Source: Amoebidium appalachense
Lineage: Eukaryota; Protista; Ichthyosporea
Direction: 5' to 3'
DNA: 64,000 nucleotides
NCBI GenBank assembly: GCA_963693365.1
Contig: CAVNZM010000002.1
Coordinates: 12,952,328 to 13,016,327 of the forward strand
This document shows, piece after piece, positions 54,072 to 64,000 of this stretch. Positions within the stretch are counted from its first letter, which is position 1, and every line of letters starts with the position of its first letter. The position numbers and the translations under genes are program-made. The notes beneath the pieces are model-generated. The model did no database searches and was not told the origin of the DNA. It worked only from the letters and a program-made list of their open reading frames with translations.

Positions 54072-54587
54072 ATTGGGCAGTTTGTACCACAGCTACTTCT
54101 AATCTACCAGCACCACTGGAACATCTACACGTCGAGAAGATCTATTGTTGTTACTACCTTAAGTTCATGCGATCAGTATGTCAAGCTATTCCTTTCTATT
54201 ATTGGAAGTGTCTAGCCCCCGTGTCATGAACAAACACGTGTCCAAAAGTGCAGTATAGTTACTAATATGACCATAAATTGGTTTGATGCTGCAGGTCGGG
54301 GCTCGTTGGGGGTTGCTGTGAAAATGATCGGGGGTCAAGTGAATGTGGGTAGGTAAGATGCTCTGCCGCAGCTGCGAGCTCCGCAAGTCACGAGTGGTTT
54401 TGGAGAGCACAGCCGATACCGGACCCTACTTTCGAGCATGCAGTCTGCTGGTCACCCGCGGATATATGGTCCCAACTCGTGAAGTTTACGCCAGCTCTCA
54501 CCGTTACCGTGGCACACTGCCAGCAAACGCGGTGCACGCTTGTGGCGACTGTACGTGTGCCAACTACCACCTACTGAGGCGGTGTCT

Positions 54588-54622
<35 letters not shown>

Positions 54623-54835
54623 AAAAGGGACCTGAGTAGATGTTAAAACGTCGCACGTGCGGCAACACGTCAGTACGTGTTAGGTGTGCCAAGGCCTCCT
54701 AGATACAACTATTTAGAAGGCCTTGACGTGTGCAGTGTGCACGACTGTGTGCACGTGGTTTGGCGGGTGAGCCGCATGATGACGTCATACTCATGGCAGG
54801 GACCGGTGGCATCGATGATCCCGGACCCTCAAGAC

Positions 54836-54884
<49 letters not shown>

Positions 54885-54948
54885 CCCCTGTCTACCTCCG
54901 AATCTAGAGATCGATCTCGGCTCTTCTCCCTCCCTCCCTCTCTCGCTC

Positions 54949-55001
<53 letters not shown>

Positions 55002-55223
55002 CTACCGGGTCCTACCCATCCCTGGCCCCTAGACTCTTTTTCTTTTTAAGATTCTCTCTCGACTCCCTCAGAGTCTAGCTGTCTCTCTTGCTCTCCCTCT
55101 TTCACTCTGCCCCTCATCGACTGCCCAACATTTTATAATGAGATAAATTGTGTTAAAACCTTCACGTATACAGTGGCAACTCAAAAAGCTTTGGATTATT
55201 AAGGTGATATTTGAAGCTACTTT

Positions 55224-57427
55224 ATGTCGCCTGGGAAAAGATTTGCCAATAAAGGACACGCGTGCACAGCACTGAAAATAATGCAATATAGCTCTAGTAA
55301 GTCTTATAGCTCTAGTAAGTCTTATAGCTCTAGTAAGTCTTGTGGACCGGATGGACTTCCTGCTGGGTTTTTTAAAATCCTTGTTCCCTCCTACCCACAA
55401 AAGGAAAGTGATCGTGCTATTAAACCTGATCTTACTATTATGTTAAACTCTCTCTTTTCTTGGTGGTGTGTTAAATGTGGACATGTCCCGTCATCTTGGT
55501 TAGATACCTTAGTGATCCCCATAGTTAAGAAGGACTCTGAGGGCCCCATATCATCTTTTCGCCCCATCACACTAACCCAGGTTGTTCGTAGATTCTTTGA
55601 AGCTTGCTTACTTCACATACACCCATGCCAATCTGCTTTTCGTAAGAACAATTCATGTTATGTTAAAATAATGGCACTGCACGATTCTATGCAAGTTGGT
55701 GCACGATATGTTGGCTTTATTGATTGGAAAACTGCTTACGATTCTGTCTCCCCTGGTCTCCTATGGGAAAAGCTTGCTGCACGGGGTGTACCACACTGCA
55801 TTGGTGTTCTGTTAGAAGCACTTTTGTCTCAAACCTATGGTAGAGCTGTGGTTAATGGGCATCTTTCATATGGTTTTGCTCGTACTAGAGGTCTCTTGCA
55901 GGGTTCATTGCTTAGCCCCTTTTTGTTTAACCTATTTATAGATGATTTGGCTGTCAAGATTTATGCCGAAAATGATGACCCTATTATTAACTTTCCGCCT
56001 ACACTTCTCTATGCTGATGATCTGTCCCTCCTTGCCCGTACCCCTAGACGCCTGCAAAGATTGTTCGATGTAGTGTCAAGAGTGGTGCAAGGCAAACCTT
56101 ATGATCCTTAACATAGACAAATGTGGTGTTCTTGTACCTGATATAGCTAACAATTTACACACATTTACATTATCATCTAAAACTGTACCTATAGTTCCAG
56201 CATACAAATATCTTGGTGTTCCGGTTATTTCTGTTGGTGTTATGTTTTCCCATATGGTCGGAAAGAGGGTAGAGTTGGTAAGCGGTTAGCTTTCTTCTCG
56301 GCTAGTATTTTTAAAGACCCACCCCTCCATCCTTCTATTAGACTTACATTTATTCGCACTTTTGTCTTCTCGGCATGTGAATATGGTTTACCCCTTCTCG
56401 CCGCTTGGATCAAGAAAGAGAGAACTAGAGCGCTTAAACCCTTGGCAAATTTCCTTGAAGCAGAAGTTGCCTCCTTTCTATCTAACAACTGTTGTAAACC
56501 TGGGCCTGTAACGCTCTCGATATATGGTCTGGTCCCAATAGCAGCTGTAGAGTACATATCCCATCTCGCGCTGAAATTCAATAAGCACATAAGCCGATTA
56601 AAGAAGTATTTGCCCTCCCACCCTCTCTCCTCTATCCGACCTGTCCCCTCCTCACCTCTCCCCTCTTTCCTTCCCTCTCTCTCTCCGTCTCCCCCGGGCA
56701 CAAATACAAATAAACCCCGCGAAAGTGTGCGTGTGACTTTGGACTGCCACTTACTTGTTAAGAGGCTTAAACATGTACACAATCACAAGATAATCACGCA
56801 ATATAACAAATGGAAAAAGATACCACACGACACTAGACCCGATGAAAGCAGACACCTTGAAAAACTAAGCCTTATGTCTCGTTTTATACATAATGACCGC
56901 CTTAACCATATTGCCAAATATGGCACTCGCAAATGTAAAACACCTAAATACATATTACCTTCCTGTAGAACTGGTCTTTCTCTAGCTGTTTACGGTATTA
57001 TTGATCAATTACCACGCTTTTACTGTACACGTGCTATACAGTGGAGATCTAATAAGTATAAGGTGGCATCGTTTGCATGCCCAAACAACACACACACACA
57101 CCAGTTTAAACGGTCATGTATCGCCAAATGTAGTTTGATAGACCACATAATACGTGCACACACACGTCACATTCACAACAGACACCCAGAAAGATAGCCT
57201 ACCTGTAAATTACAACATCCTTGATTTTATACTAAACGCGCGTACTTAATTAATTGATTTTTTCTCAGTCTTTATGGTGTCTCGTAGAGAAAGTAAACCC
57301 TGATATATAGTCATCACCTGACATCTATGTACGTGATCATGATATACCGCTGAGGGGATATTCCGAGCAAAACCCCCCCATACCTGAGACTGGTCTCTCT
57401 TTGCCTCGAGTAAACAGCGTAAACCCC
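55224..57427 (+). mobile_element. Decayed non-LTR (LINE-type) retrotransposon: RT domain plus C-terminal region and 3' UTR
   Basis: Motifs KSCGPDGLP, IPIVKK, FRPITL, QSAFR, FIDWKTAYDSV, GLLQGSLLSPFLFN and LYADD. Frameshifted continuation LNIDKC...YKYLGV, then a Cys/His-rich tail. No endonuclease is recognisable. An 18-bp tandem repeat x3 lies at ~55286-55340. Confidence 0.9.
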
Positions 57428-57761
57428 AAAGCTATTTAATTTCTCGACATGCATAAGCCCAGGGTCCAGCCTGAGGTGCCCAGCGCAGCGCATACGTCCG
57501 AACTAAAATAACTAAAATTTAAATCATAAAGATCATTGGCAACTGCAATATTGTGCTATATATTTCGTAACTCCAAGAACATGACTCGATCAGGGGAACG
57601 CAAAATGTCAAGAGATTGCAACACGGGAGTCATAGTGATATGCTAGGAGAAAAATAGGGCCTAAACTAGATATTGCTGCTGCAACTTAGGTATTTAGGTA
57701 GTGTTTGGAAATATATTTCTACCCATAGCTATCTCTTACAAACCATCAATCCCATCCCCCC

Positions 57762-57797
<36 letters not shown>

Positions 57798-57799
57798 AC

Positions 57800-57835
<36 letters not shown>

Positions 57836-58135
57836 GGAAAGAAAGAAAAAAAAAAAAAAAAGGAAAAAAAAAAAAAAAAGAGGAAATAAATAAAATAAAA
57901 AAAACCATCCACACACACACACCACACGCACAAAAGCACGCAAACACCTCTCTCTTTCCAAGAAAATCCTCAACACATACATGGGCAGACACGCTCCTCA
58001 AGAGCCCACAAACCACCCCAAACCACCCAGATTCGTTACATCGATTACAATCCCCACAGGCTTTCGCAAGCCTACACATATTAAAATCTAAATTTTAACA
58101 TGGTAGGCTATAAATATCCCACACAGTACATAGGA

Positions 58136-63803
<5,668 letters not shown>

Positions 63804-64000
63804 CTACAACCCCACAAATACAAATCAGCAATATGTTCATGTGGGATATATACCTGGACACGATCTTTACGAAAAATACACTCTGATCAGGCAAAGAACC
63901 AGTGTGTCTGCCCTCTAAAGCAACTCAGTAATTAATCCATGTGGGATACCTTGACATGATGATAAAGAAGCAAAAAACACTAATCACACAAAGGGAGAAA

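Noticed and set aside
54183-54190. aagctatt as a possible 5' TSD of the LINE (matches 57429-57436)
   Set aside because: Only 8 bp, offset from the inferred end, and it would place the element start immediately next to the PRORP start. Chance is likely.

Overview
Eukaryotic, intron-rich genomic DNA. A unicellular holozoan-like organism is an inference from the gene content (PRORP, a midnolin/ZFAND4-like protein). Host genes reconstructed by splicing: MRS2 Mg2+ transporter (-, 5' part), an intronless UBL + midnolin-like + AN1 zinc-finger gene (-), TFIIH p8/GTF2H5 (-), a DHX33-like DEAH helicase (+), protein-only RNase P PRORP (-) and a RasGEF (-, 5' incomplete). Mobile DNA: a full-length Ngaro/PAT-type tyrosine-recombinase retrotransposon with split direct repeats (8092-17355), a young non-autonomous Ty3/Gypsy-derived LTR element inserted in its recombinase gene (12248-15800), and a decayed non-LTR RT element (~55.2-57.4 kb). 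Four observations stand out. (1) A family of about 11 structured, 5'-truncated repeats ends in poly(C) tracts and lies sense to the host gene. (2) A 21-bp copy of the LINE 3' terminus sits between perfect 11-bp target-site duplications. (3) Introns are packed with complementary poly(C)/poly(G) and (CA)/(TG) tracts that are largely absent from intergenic DNA. (4) The UBL protein resembles midnolin but carries an AN1 finger. All homology calls are from motif recognition by eye, not database searches.
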